From an uncultured delta proteobacterium (lineage in GTDB: Bacteria > Desulfobacterota > Binatia > UBA9968), in NCBI GenBank assembly GCA_963727625.1, contig CAVSHR010000008.1, positions 224,001 to 288,000 of the forward strand: a stretch of 64,000 bases of DNA, read 5' to 3'. Positions 53,380-63,404 of this stretch are shown here, in pieces. How positions within the stretch are numbered: position 1 is the stretch's first letter; each line of letters begins with the position of its first letter. Under the pieces are notes generated by a model. It saw nothing but the letters and a program-made list of their open reading frames with translations, was not told where the DNA came from and did no database searches. The position numbers and the translations under genes are program-made.

Positions 53380-53456
53380 CATCTATCGGGGTGCGTCGGA
53401 GATGCCGGTTACCCTGCATCGCGCCATTTCGGGAAGTTCTGGGAAGAGCAGAGATA

Positions 53457-53906
53457 ATGGTTAAGTTGAAGCGTCGTAGTCGACAAGTTTTAGCGGATCA
53501 CCGCGGATTCAGTCTTGCGGAAATGCTAGTTGCGATTTCCGTATTCGCCATTCTCGCGGCGATCGCAGTGCCTCAATACCTGGCGTTTCGCCCGCTAAAT
53601 CGCCTCAATGGCGCGGCCCGCCAGATCTATAGCGAGCTAATGTGGGCGCGCTCGAAAGCAGTCAACGAAAACAATTCTTACGTGGTCACTTTTCCAACCA
53701 ATCAAACAATGTTGATTTCCGGTTCGACCAGCAAAACCGTGAATATTCAGACCGAATATTCGGATGTGACCGTGAGCTCCACGGCATCGACGATCACATT
53801 TACTTCTCGAGGGACCGCCGATGCGAGTCCAACGATCACGTTGACGAACTCCGGCGGAACCAAGACGGTCACTGTAAGGATTACCGGGACGGTTAGCATC
53901 AGCTGA
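53457..53906 (+). CDS. FimT/GspH-like minor pilin (set 1)
   Basis: G|FSLAEML prepilin motif, ARSKAV. Confidence 0.85.
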   Translation: MVKLKRRSRQVLADHRGFSLAEMLVAISVFAILAAIAVPQYLAFRPLNRLNGAARQIYSELMWARSKAVNENNSYVVTFPTNQTMLISGSTSKTVNIQTEYSDVTVSSTASTITFTSRGTADASPTITLTNSGGTKTVTVRITGTVSIS

Positions 53907-54340
53907 TGGCCGCGCTCATGACAACTTTGCTGAAATCACGGTTTGCTACCAACCAAGACGGATTCACTCTCATTGAAATCTTTATCGCGACCGTGTTGCT
54001 GACGATCGGTTTGTTAGGGACGGCGGCGCTCACGACTGGGGTCGTGCGTGGCAATCTCGCGAGTAGAAACATCACCTCCGCCACGGCGATTGCGCAATCA
54101 TGTTTTGAGGAGAATCGACGCGTGGGTTATGCGAGCGTCGGGGCGGTGCCAGCCGGAGGCTCTAATAGCTGCGTCTCCGGAACCGCGACGGTTGCGGCAG
54201 GCGGGGTTTCCTTTACCCGCACCTTAGCCATCGATGCCACGGTAGCAAACATAAAGACTCTGGCGGTAACGGTCAGTTGGTCGGAAGGGGCGGCGGGCCC
54301 GAAGTCTATTGTCTTGAGAACCGTCATGGCGGCAACATGA
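53906..54340 (+). CDS. PilV-like minor pilin (set 1)
   Basis: G|FTLIE, VTVSW. Confidence 0.82.
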   Translation: MAALMTTLLKSRFATNQDGFTLIEIFIATVLLTIGLLGTAALTTGVVRGNLASRNITSATAIAQSCFEENRRVGYASVGAVPAGGSNSCVSGTATVAAGGVSFTRTLAIDATVANIKTLAVTVSWSEGAAGPKSIVLRTVMAAT

Positions 54341-54969
54341 ACGGGCGCTTGTCCCGATATTCCAGCAGAGCCGACGGCTTCACGCTGATCGAAATAATGG
54401 TGTCCATGGCCATCAGTTTGATTATTTTGGCCGGGATCGCACGGACTTTTACGGTTCAAACCCGGCAGAATAGCGCCGAGGAGCAGGTCGGCCAGATGCA
54501 ACAAAACGTTCGCGGCGCGCTAGATCTGATGATTCGTGAAATCCAGATGGCAAAATACGATCCGGCTGGCTCAGCCTTTCCGGCGGGGACTTATGGTGTG
54601 ACCTACAGCGCGTCGCAGTTGGAAATCAAGTCGGACGTTTCCGATGGCAACGGGACCATCAACGTGTCGAGCGGCAGCGTTGAAGACATTATCTACGCTT
54701 ACGACAGCGCCAATGAGCGTATCACGCGGCAACTCGGTTCGGGCGGCACGGCGCAGATACTTGCCGACAACGTTACCGCATTCGCGTTTGCTTATTATGA
54801 TGCCAATGGCGACGCGGTAACTTCATCCGGTAATAGCGGGAATATCAGGAAAGTGACAATTGCGATCACGGCGAAGACCGCAAAGCCTGACCCGAGTTAC
54901 GCAAGCAACGGGGGCTATCGGACTTACCAACTGAGTACCGCTGTTACGCCGCCAAACTTGGCCTTGTAG
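54337..54969 (+). CDS. PilW-like minor pilin (set 1)
   Basis: G|FTLIE, MQQNVRGALDLMIREIQMA. Confidence 0.85.
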   Translation: MNGRLSRYSSRADGFTLIEIMVSMAISLIILAGIARTFTVQTRQNSAEEQVGQMQQNVRGALDLMIREIQMAKYDPAGSAFPAGTYGVTYSASQLEIKSDVSDGNGTINVSSGSVEDIIYAYDSANERITRQLGSGGTAQILADNVTAFAFAYYDANGDAVTSSGNSGNIRKVTIAITAKTAKPDPSYASNGGYRTYQLSTAVTPPNLAL

Positions 54970-54990
54970 CAAGGAGTTTGAAAAATAAAC

Positions 54991-56148
54991 ATGATGCCCG
55001 CTCGAAAAATACTGTGTTGCCTGGAAAGCCGGTACACGAATAATCAAAACGGTATAATTCTGATCGTCGCCCTCACTCTCTTGACGGCGTTGATACTGGC
55101 CGGCGCTACGGCGTTTATCGTCGCGTCGACGGACGTCAAAGTCGGCGGCAACTTTCGAACCAATCAAACCGCATTGCAGGTCGCGATGGCCGGCGCGGAG
55201 CAGGCGCGCCAAACATTACGAGCGTCAAACACCGCCAGTTTGGTTACGACAGATTTCAGCGAAGAACTTGCCGCTCGCGTCGGCGCCAATGCTGCGCTCG
55301 ATGGATATACATCCTCCACTGATGATTCGCCCATCGCCTCTTCAAGCGGCTTGGTGCCCGGCTACCTCTACAACGCCTATCTGACGAACGACTCGAGCGA
55401 GGGTGCTTCGAACACTACCGACAGTAATGGCAAGGTCATGATCACCTCGGTGGCGACCGGGCCGAACAACTCCAAGGCGATGGTGCAGACTATCGTTCAG
55501 CTCTATTCCTTTTCTACGAGCAGTCCGGCGGTCATCTACTCTAAAGACAATGTCACTCTGAACGGCAGCGCCATCAGCGTCGAGGGGAGCGATCACGGCA
55601 GTTGCGGCGGCAGCAACCTTGCTCCGGTATATACGAAAGACCCGGCCACGACGACTCTAAACGGCGGCCCTTCGCTGTCCGGCAGCCCCTCTACGCCACA
55701 GAGCGGCACCACGAATATCGACTTACAAGCTATGGTGGACCAAATGAAGGGGGCCGCCGATTACACGCTGACCGCCGACGTTTCGGGCGCGACCTACGGC
55801 AGCTCGTCGAGCTACGTAACGGTTTACGCCGATGCCCTGGCCACCCAAGCCGATCAGGAACTGAGGCTCAATAATGTTACGGGGTACGGTGTTCTCATCG
55901 TCAAGGGCGATCTGCAATTAGCCGGTAATATAAACTGGCATGGCATCATTATCGTGACCGGAGTCACGACCTCGTCCGGCGGTGGATCAAATTCCAAAAA
56001 CATTGAGGGTCAGATTTACACGGGAAGCTCATCGCTCGGGGACACCGCCATAAGCGGCAACATTGATGTCGAATACAATAGCTGCGCTGTCAAAAAAGCG
56101 CTTTCCAGCCAGCCGCTGAAACTGGTTAATTGGAGGCAGAACTATTGA
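54991..56148 (+). CDS. PilX-like minor pilin (set 1)
   Basis: G|IILIV (no Glu5), ALQVAMAGAE, terminal WRQ. Confidence 0.8.
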   Translation: MMPARKILCCLESRYTNNQNGIILIVALTLLTALILAGATAFIVASTDVKVGGNFRTNQTALQVAMAGAEQARQTLRASNTASLVTTDFSEELAARVGANAALDGYTSSTDDSPIASSSGLVPGYLYNAYLTNDSSEGASNTTDSNGKVMITSVATGPNNSKAMVQTIVQLYSFSTSSPAVIYSKDNVTLNGSAISVEGSDHGSCGGSNLAPVYTKDPATTTLNGGPSLSGSPSTPQSGTTNIDLQAMVDQMKGAADYTLTADVSGATYGSSSSYVTVYADALATQADQELRLNNVTGYGVLIVKGDLQLAGNINWHGIIIVTGVTTSSGGGSNSKNIEGQIYTGSSSLGDTAISGNIDVEYNSCAVKKALSSQPLKLVNWRQNY

Positions 56149-56708
56149 GTTCTCTGATCGAGGGCGGTTTCGACGGCGTTGGCGATTTCATTAGCGCCGT
56201 TGAATTCGCGTCCGTACTTGACAAACAGTTTGCTATCTCTGGAAAGTTTATTTTTAAAAGCGGTAATTTGATTCAACAGCTCGCGGATTTCGCTGGTAAG
56301 CATTCCATCGACTTCCTTCGACTTTTCTTTCAACCGATTAAACTCTCCAACGATAGGATCGTCGGCTTCCCGTTTGGTCTCGATCTTCTTTGCCGCGGCC
56401 GGCTGCTTGCCAGCGGAATCGTTGTTCTGCCTTGATAAATCAGGCGTGTTCCTGTCTGCCGGGTCACGGTCGCCGACGGCGGCAATCCGACCGGTCTGGT
56501 CCGCCTTCTCAATTTTTAAGACGAAGGATTTTTCGACACCGAATACCCCGCCGTAGGTGTCAAAAAGCACCTGGCCGCCTTCATGCCAATAGCGCGCCGT
56601 GACATATTCATTGCCGTTCTTGAGCCTGATGACATAGGCGGCGTGGGCGCTTTCAATCCCGCCAACCAATGCCATCGCTACCGCAACGTATATCAATCTC
56701 TTGCCCAT
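56142..56708 (-). CDS. Hypothetical secreted protein
   Basis: Signal peptide ending AHA, IRLKNG motif, C-terminal coiled coil. Confidence 0.65.
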   Translation of the reverse strand: MGKRLIYVAVAMALVGGIESAHAAYVIRLKNGNEYVTARYWHEGGQVLFDTYGGVFGVEKSFVLKIEKADQTGRIAAVGDRDPADRNTPDLSRQNNDSAGKQPAAAKKIETKREADDPIVGEFNRLKEKSKEVDGMLTSEIRELLNQITAFKNKLSRDSKLFVKYGREFNGANEIANAVETALDQRTQ

Positions 56709-56852
56709 CCCGGCTCCCAAGGTAAAATATAAAGTCATTTTAACATTGATGGCAGCCATCGCGAAAGTGTATTCCGATGGTTGCAAGAACGTTATTTTCG
56801 CTTGACACTCCTATCGCCGCGGCAGTATTTTCCGCCAATCTCGGAGGGGGCC

Positions 56853-57302
56853 ATGAAGAGGTCGATTCGAGGCAGTGGGTTCTCGACTATCGAGTTGGCG
56901 GTCGTCTTGGCGATCGTGGCAATTGTCACAGCTATAGCACTACCCGGCTGGAAGAGCTGGTCCCACAGCGCTGCCTTAAACAGCTCCATGCGGCAAATCC
57001 AATCGGAGCTTCACGCGATCAAAATGCGCGCCGCCGCCGAAAACATTGGATTTCAGTTCACCTATCTACAAGACGCCGGTGAATACACCATCCAGCGAGA
57101 TTCAAAGCCGCTGCAAACCAAGCCGATAACCCAGGGGACTATTATAACCAAAGCCGGCACGATTTCGTTTTCTCCGCGGGGAACCGCAGGCGGGAATCGG
57201 GTGCGGCTGCGCAACGCAGCCGGCGCCTGCCGGCAAATCGTCGTCAGCGCGACGGGGCGGGTTAGAGTTTGCACGCCGAGCAGCTGCACGGAAAATTGTT
57301 AA
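56853..57302 (+). CDS. FimT/GspH-like minor pilin (set 2)
   Basis: G|FSTIE, FSPRG, TGRVR. Confidence 0.82.
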   Translation: MKRSIRGSGFSTIELAVVLAIVAIVTAIALPGWKSWSHSAALNSSMRQIQSELHAIKMRAAAENIGFQFTYLQDAGEYTIQRDSKPLQTKPITQGTIITKAGTISFSPRGTAGGNRVRLRNAAGACRQIVVSATGRVRVCTPSSCTENC

Positions 57303-57321
57303 CCGGGTGGGAGTTCGTCGA

Positions 57322-57717
57322 ATGGCTCACAGAAGAGAAGACGGTTTCACCTTCAACGAACTGCTCGCGGCGATGGGCATCGTGGTCGTGGTCATCATGG
57401 GGTATTCGCTCGCCAGCGTTAATCTGATTCGTCGGCAGATTGTTAGTGATCATTCGAGCGTGGCGATTCATCTGGCACAGGACAAGATAGAAGAGTTGCA
57501 AGCCCGCCAAACGCTCGGCGATAGCGACTCTTGTCCCGATGCTGGAGACATTGGCCTTTCACCCAAGACCGGCGTAACGGGAATATTCGATCGCTGTTGG
57601 AGAATCGCCACGTCATCCCTCGGATCAGCGCTGAAGCAAATCGATGTGACCGTTTCATGGCGCGATCATGAAGCCCATAAATTGACGCTCTCAACGCTTT
57701 ACTTTACCGGAGAGTAA
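57322..57717 (+). CDS. PilV-like minor pilin (set 2)
   Basis: G|FTFNE, LAQDKIEEL, VTVSW. Confidence 0.82.
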   Translation: MAHRREDGFTFNELLAAMGIVVVVIMGYSLASVNLIRRQIVSDHSSVAIHLAQDKIEELQARQTLGDSDSCPDAGDIGLSPKTGVTGIFDRCWRIATSSLGSALKQIDVTVSWRDHEAHKLTLSTLYFTGE

Positions 57718-57719
57718 GC

Positions 57720-58370
57720 ATGACGCGCATCACCGCCGGCGAGCGCGGCGCGACCTTGATCGAACAGATAATGGCGTTGTTGATCGGCGCGGTGATGATC
57801 ACGTCACTCTACGGATACTTTCGCAACGAACTTTACAATACTCTGGTCCTGGAGGTGAAAACCGGCGCGCTCGAGGACGCCCGCGGGGCGATGGATATCA
57901 TGATTGGCGATTTGAAGAACGCCGGTTCGTGGGGCAGCGGCAGCGCGCCGTTGGAGACCGGCATCGCCGACGACCCGGGCAACGACGCGGACAACCTCTG
58001 TAACCGAATCTACGCCGCCAACGCCGGGTTATTGCATGTGCAGATGGACCTGAATGGAAACGGCAACTGCGCCGACACCGAACCGCGCGAGAATGTTCGC
58101 TACGAGTTAACCGGGCCGACTTCTACTTGTTCCGGCAATTACATCATTCGGCGTAACGGCGATTGCCTGGTAGCCAACGTCGCGCCGGCGTCGGCGGGTA
58201 AGATTTTCTCATTTTACGACGCCGATGGAGTCGATCTTGGCGATACACCGGCCCTCGATGCCGTCAAGCGGGTCAAGATCACTTTCGCTGTTCGAGTAAA
58301 AAATCCCGACCCAAAACAGACGAACAAGCTGACCGCGGCATTTTCGAGCAGCGTCGAATTTCGCAACTGA
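57720..58370 (+). CDS. PilW-like minor pilin (set 2)
   Basis: G|ATLIE, DARGAMDIMIGDLKNAG, terminal FRN. Confidence 0.8.
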   Translation: MTRITAGERGATLIEQIMALLIGAVMITSLYGYFRNELYNTLVLEVKTGALEDARGAMDIMIGDLKNAGSWGSGSAPLETGIADDPGNDADNLCNRIYAANAGLLHVQMDLNGNGNCADTEPRENVRYELTGPTSTCSGNYIIRRNGDCLVANVAPASAGKIFSFYDADGVDLGDTPALDAVKRVKITFAVRVKNPDPKQTNKLTAAFSSSVEFRN

Positions 58371-58380
58371 ATCGATTCAT

Positions 58381-59550
58381 ATGAAAGCAAACCGCACGGG
58401 ATTGTGGCATGAGCGCGGAATGGTTCTGATGAGCTCCCTGGCCATTCTGTTCGTGCTGATGGTCGTCGGGATCGGTATCAGGACCATGTTGCAGAATGAT
58501 TACCGGGTGTTGGCCAATCTGCGCGAGAGCACAGAAGCGTTCTATTTCTCGGTAGCCGGCATGGAATGGAGCAAGACTGAAATCGCCCGGGTGACAGACT
58601 TCCCGCCGCTTCCGACTAATCAGACGAAGAATTTTTCCACCGGCGAGTTTGCCGTTTCATTTGTTTCTTCAAATATCGCCGGACCTTTTGCGGCGAAGAT
58701 CGTGGTGCGATCGGTCGGCGCCAGAGGGACGTCCCAGCATGTCCTTCAAGCCCAATTGACCAAGTCCTATGATCTGAGCGACGCGGCGCTGGGACTTAGG
58801 GGAAACGGCTATCGAGTCAATCTTAGCGGTGATTCAATCTTCATCTCGGGCGCCGATCACGATCCGAGCAACGGAAATCTTGTTTCCGCGGCTAAGTCGC
58901 GGATCTCGGTTTCGACTTCCGATGATGCGCTGCAGGGGTTGGTGCAACAAGGCCTTGGGGACCCGCCGCAACCCGGAATTATCGATAATAGCGGTGGCAT
59001 CCAGGCTATTGCGACCAGCAGCTACTTACCCGCTGCCTTTGTTTCTCAACTGGCCAACCAACTTTGCTCTTCTCCAGAGGCGACCGCGCATGCGATCCCA
59101 GGCAGCGGCAGCCTGACCATCGAAAACCAATCCTGGGGTGCCCAGGTTTCGCCTCAGCTACACTGCGTCGAAGGTTTATCGGCATCGGGCGACGCCGTTA
59201 GCTTGGCGGGTGTTAGGGGTGCAGGCATTGTGGTGGTCAAAGATGCGGACTTGATTTTGACCGGCGCCGTTCGCTGGGAGGGGCTTATTTTAGTAACCGG
59301 AAATGATGTCAGTCTAAAGGCGACTGGTACAAGCAGCAAAGATTTGCTTGGCGCTGTGATTGTAAACGAGACTGGTGTTCCTGGAGCAAACCGTGCAGTT
59401 TTTGATGTCGAAGGTAACCTGCGCGTACTATTTAGCCGCACAGCCCTTAACCGGGCCGCGCCTTTGGTTCCCGCGGCATCGCTTAGCTCTGCCTACGCAT
59501 CCTTACCTTGTGTCATTTCGCAGGACTACTGGCGCTCCGTTACGCCGTAA
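58381..59550 (+). CDS. PilX-like minor pilin (set 2)
   Basis: G|MVLMS, AFYFSVAGME. Confidence 0.78.
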   Translation: MKANRTGLWHERGMVLMSSLAILFVLMVVGIGIRTMLQNDYRVLANLRESTEAFYFSVAGMEWSKTEIARVTDFPPLPTNQTKNFSTGEFAVSFVSSNIAGPFAAKIVVRSVGARGTSQHVLQAQLTKSYDLSDAALGLRGNGYRVNLSGDSIFISGADHDPSNGNLVSAAKSRISVSTSDDALQGLVQQGLGDPPQPGIIDNSGGIQAIATSSYLPAAFVSQLANQLCSSPEATAHAIPGSGSLTIENQSWGAQVSPQLHCVEGLSASGDAVSLAGVRGAGIVVVKDADLILTGAVRWEGLILVTGNDVSLKATGTSSKDLLGAVIVNETGVPGANRAVFDVEGNLRVLFSRTALNRAAPLVPAASLSSAYASLPCVISQDYWRSVTP

Positions 59551-59748
59551 AGCAGAAGACCTAAAACTCCAATTTACAACCGGACCGCAAGATGGTAAAT
59601 TCTCAATCTACAACACTTTGGAAGCCCTGATATGGCCAGCGGCGGGTTTCCTTGCCTTGGTCACAGCCGAGTTTTGGATTATTCTATGCGTTCCTCGGGG
59701 CCGGTTGCTGACCATTTGAATAAGGACGGGGCGCGAGAGGGAGCAAGC

Positions 59749-60132
59749 ATGGATACAAAAAAAACCATTATGGTGGTTGACGATAACCCCGATATCATCA
59801 CGATCGTCAAAACCATTTTGGAAGGGCGCGGCTATACTGTTTTCAGCGCTGCCAGCGGTCCGGAACTGTTAAATATGTTGCCGAATCAGAAGCCGGACTT
59901 GATCATTTTAGATATCATGATGCCGGAGATGGACGGTCTCGAAGTGCTAACTCGGCTGAAGGGCAAGAATGAGACGGCGACGATCCCGGTTATTTTGCTG
60001 ACGGCCAAAGTTCAGTACGAGGACGTTCTCGGTGGCTACAAGCTGGGCGCCGATTATTACATTACTAAACCGTTCACCAGCACCCAGCTGGTCAATGGCA
60101 TCAATCTGCTCTTGGGTGAGGCCAAGGCATAA
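59749..60132 (+). CDS. Single-domain response regulator
   Basis: VVDD, LDIMMPEMDG, LTAK, YITKPF. Confidence 0.93.
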   Translation: MDTKKTIMVVDDNPDIITIVKTILEGRGYTVFSAASGPELLNMLPNQKPDLIILDIMMPEMDGLEVLTRLKGKNETATIPVILLTAKVQYEDVLGGYKLGADYYITKPFTSTQLVNGINLLLGEAKA

Positions 60133-60229
60133 CCGGCCCGCCGGGTTTAATCTATCATCCTAAGGCCTCCGTTTCCGCTTTTCATTGCCGGTTTGCATCT
60201 TCCGGTCGTTTTATTCATTGTGCTTGTGC

Positions 60230-60874
60230 ATGATCCGATTCATCACGTTCGAAGGGGGCGATGGAACCGGCAAAACCACGCAAATCCAGACCCTTGAGAA
60301 GTATTTGCATGAGCTGAAGCGGGCCTGCGTGGTCACCCGCGAGCCCGGCGGCACGGCGCTCGGCAGGCTGATCCGGAAGGTGTTGCTGGAAGTCGGCGAG
60401 AGCGAGATTGCCGCGTCGACCGAGCTCTTCTTATACTTGGCGGACCGGGCACAGCATGTCAATGAAATTGTCCGGCCGGCGATCGAATCGGGGATAACAG
60501 TGCTTTGCGATCGCTTCACCGATTCGACGCTGGCCTATCAAGGTTATGGGCGCGGTCTCGATTTAATCTGGTTGCGCCGCCTGAACGAAACGGCCGGCGG
60601 GGGAATGAGTCCCGACTTGACACTTTTATTCGATTGTCCGGTGGAAATTGGCTTGGCGCGCACGGCCCAGCGACGTGCACAGTCTAAAAGCGACCGGCCC
60701 CAAGAGGATCGATTTGAGCGGGAGAAGCTCGAATTTCACGAGAGAGTGCGGCAGGGCTTTCTTGAACTCGCCAGGGCTGAGCCGGGCCGCTTTCGAGTCA
60801 TTGACGCGTCCGGTTCCATCGAGCAGGTGACTGAACAGGTTCGCGAATTGATCGATCGGGAAGTTGTGCAATGA
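60230..60874 (+). CDS. tmk: Thymidylate kinase
   Basis: FEGGDGTGKTTQ, TREPGGT, CDRFTDSTLAYQGYGRG. Confidence 0.96.
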   Translation: MIRFITFEGGDGTGKTTQIQTLEKYLHELKRACVVTREPGGTALGRLIRKVLLEVGESEIAASTELFLYLADRAQHVNEIVRPAIESGITVLCDRFTDSTLAYQGYGRGLDLIWLRRLNETAGGGMSPDLTLLFDCPVEIGLARTAQRRAQSKSDRPQEDRFEREKLEFHERVRQGFLELARAEPGRFRVIDASGSIEQVTEQVRELIDREVVQ

Positions 60875-61857
60875 GTTTCGCTGATGTGGTCGGACATGCA
60901 AAGCAGCTGGAAACCTTGCGCGCCGCATTGGCAAGCCAACGGCTGCACCATGCCTATCTCTTCCTTGGCTCCGAGGGAGTCGGTAAACGGACTGTTGCCC
61001 TGGCTCTGGCGAAGGCTATTCACTGCGACGAGTCGAACGGCGACTCTTGCGGCCGTTGCGTCAACTGCGCCAGAATCGACGACGCTAACCACCCCGATGT
61101 CCGGGTCATCGAGCCTTCGGCAGGGAAGAAAGAGATCAGTATTCAACAGATCCGCGAGCTCGAGCGCGAATTGCGTTATTGCTCGTTTGGCGGCGAGCGT
61201 AAAATCGCTATCGTCGATCCGGCTACTTTGATGAACGCGTCGGCGCAAAACGCGCTGCTCAAGACTCTTGAAGAGCCGCCGGAAAACTCCCTCATTATTC
61301 TCATCGCGCCCAACGGCGGCAGGCTCTTGCCGACCTTGCGATCGCGTTGCCTGCGGCTGTCCTTCGCCCCTTTGCCGCGCGCAGAAGTGGCGGCATTCTT
61401 GAAGAACAATCGCGGCGTCAAAGCGGGCGACGCCGAATTTCTTGCGGCGATGAGCATGGGCAGCATCGGCGTGGCAGCCAATCTCGATCAAGCAACCTTG
61501 ATCGAGAAACGGCGCATTTGGTCGGGCACGCTCAGCGCGTTAAAATCCGGCGATTATCGCTCTGCCAGTGCGGCGGCGGAGGCGCTCGGCGCAGGTCGCG
61601 ATGAAGCGCTGGAATTTCTCCGATGGGCGGAAAGTTGGTACCGGGATTTGATCGTTCATGGGGTGACGCATAACGCGGATGAGCTGGTGAACTTAGACAT
61701 GCTGGAGCAGATCGAACAGCAGGGGGCGGCGGTCGGCGCGGAGCGCGCGCTCGACGCGATGGCGCGGATCGCCGACGCCACTGGCGGGATTCATCGAAAC
61801 TTAAATCGGCGGATGGTGCTGGAGAGATTTTTATTCGGCGTGGTCGGGGAACGTTGA
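60871..61857 (+). CDS. holB: DNA polymerase III delta-prime subunit
   Basis: HAYLF, C4 zinc motif, NALLKTLEEPP, LPTLRSRC. Confidence 0.94.
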   Translation: MSFADVVGHAKQLETLRAALASQRLHHAYLFLGSEGVGKRTVALALAKAIHCDESNGDSCGRCVNCARIDDANHPDVRVIEPSAGKKEISIQQIRELERELRYCSFGGERKIAIVDPATLMNASAQNALLKTLEEPPENSLIILIAPNGGRLLPTLRSRCLRLSFAPLPRAEVAAFLKNNRGVKAGDAEFLAAMSMGSIGVAANLDQATLIEKRRIWSGTLSALKSGDYRSASAAAEALGAGRDEALEFLRWAESWYRDLIVHGVTHNADELVNLDMLEQIEQQGAAVGAERALDAMARIADATGGIHRNLNRRMVLERFLFGVVGER

Positions 61858-63389
61858 TGGAACGGATTTACATCACCACGCCGCTTTATTACGTCAACGC
61901 CGAGCCGCACCTGGGTCACACTTATACGACCGTCGTGGCAGATACATTGAAGCGTTATTACCAATCGCTGGGCTACGAGACTTTTTTACTGACCGGCACC
62001 GACGAGCATGGCGACAAGATCGCGCAAGCCGCCGCCGCCAATGGCACGACCCCCAAGGAATACTCCGACCGGATCAGCGAACTGTTTCGCTCGACTTGGG
62101 ACACTTGCGGCATAGGCTACGATCACTTCATTCGCACGACCGACGATTACCATCAACAATTCGTGCAGAAGGTCTTGCAAAAAATCTACGACGCCGGTGA
62201 CATCTATTTCGGCGAGTATGGTGGATTTTATTGCTACGGTTGCGAACGTTTTTACACGGAAAAAGAACTGGTCGATGGGAAATGCCCGGACCACCAGACG
62301 GTCCCGGACTACATTAGCGAGAAGAATTATTTCTTCCGCATGAGCAAGTATCAGCAGCAATTGATCGAGGCGATACACACCAAGCCTGAGCTTATTCGGC
62401 CGGAGCGTTACCGCAGCGAAGTTTTGGCGTTTTTACGGGAGCCGCTCGAAGATCTGTGCATTTCGCGCCCAGTCAGCCGTTTGCAGTGGGGCGTTCCGCT
62501 GCCCTTCGATGTCAAGTACGTGACTTACGTCTGGTTCGATGCGTTGCTCAACTACGTGAGTGCTCTGGAGCATCGGGGCGGAGATTCCGTGTCTTCTCTT
62601 TGGCCCAAAGCTAATCATCTCATCGCCAAGGATATCTTGAAGCCGCACGCGATTTATTGGCCGACCATGCTGATGGCCGCGGGACTGCCGCTCTACGATC
62701 ATCTAAACGTGCACGGTTACTGGGTGATGGATTCCGGCAAGATGTCCAAAAGCTTGGGCAACGTCATTCGCCCGCTGGAAATGAAAGCACGCTTCGGCAT
62801 GGATGCGTTCCGCTATTTTCTATTGCGCGAGATGGCGTTCGGTCAGGACGCAAAATTTTCCGAAGAGGCGCTGGTGACAAGAATCAACGCCGACCTGGCC
62901 AACAATCTCGGTAACCTGGTCAGCCGCGTGCTCGCCATGCAGCAGAAGTATTTCGCCGGCGTGGTCCAGCCGTTGAGCTCGGAGTGGGCAGAAGAGGACG
63001 TCAAATTGCGGGATGCTTTTGCCGCCGCGGAATTCGAGCTCAAGAGCCAAATGGAAGAGCTGCAGTTTCACCGAGGTCTGGAAGCTGTTTGGGGGGCGCT
63101 CGATCACGCAAATCGCTATATCGTGCAAACCGCGCCTTTTACGTTGATCAAAGATCCGAGCCAGCAAGCCCGGGTCGGCGAAGTGCTGCACCAGTCGCTC
63201 GAAGTGGTGAGAACTCTATCCCGCTTGCTGGCGCCGTTCTTGCCCGATACCGCTCAGGAATTACGCAAATTGCTCGCTATTGATGAAAGCGGATTGACGG
63301 CTCCGTGGGGTTACGGGTTTGCCGCGGGACATCAAATCAAACCACCAAAAAATCTTTTTCCGCGCATCGAAACCGAAACCAAGAAGTAG
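61857..63389 (+). CDS. metG: Methionine-tRNA ligase (short form, no C-terminal OB domain)
   Basis: PHLGH, GTDEHG, KMSKS, terminal LFPRIE. Confidence 0.96.
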   Translation: MERIYITTPLYYVNAEPHLGHTYTTVVADTLKRYYQSLGYETFLLTGTDEHGDKIAQAAAANGTTPKEYSDRISELFRSTWDTCGIGYDHFIRTTDDYHQQFVQKVLQKIYDAGDIYFGEYGGFYCYGCERFYTEKELVDGKCPDHQTVPDYISEKNYFFRMSKYQQQLIEAIHTKPELIRPERYRSEVLAFLREPLEDLCISRPVSRLQWGVPLPFDVKYVTYVWFDALLNYVSALEHRGGDSVSSLWPKANHLIAKDILKPHAIYWPTMLMAAGLPLYDHLNVHGYWVMDSGKMSKSLGNVIRPLEMKARFGMDAFRYFLLREMAFGQDAKFSEEALVTRINADLANNLGNLVSRVLAMQQKYFAGVVQPLSSEWAEEDVKLRDAFAAAEFELKSQMEELQFHRGLEAVWGALDHANRYIVQTAPFTLIKDPSQQARVGEVLHQSLEVVRTLSRLLAPFLPDTAQELRKLLAIDESGLTAPWGYGFAAGHQIKPPKNLFPRIETETKK

Positions 63390-63404
63390 TTCTCCGCCGC
63401 AACA

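Noticed and set aside
53028-53456. N-terminal 140-aa extension of the first pilin ORF
   Set aside because: Overlaps pilD and the promoter region; the prepilin motif supports the start at 53457.
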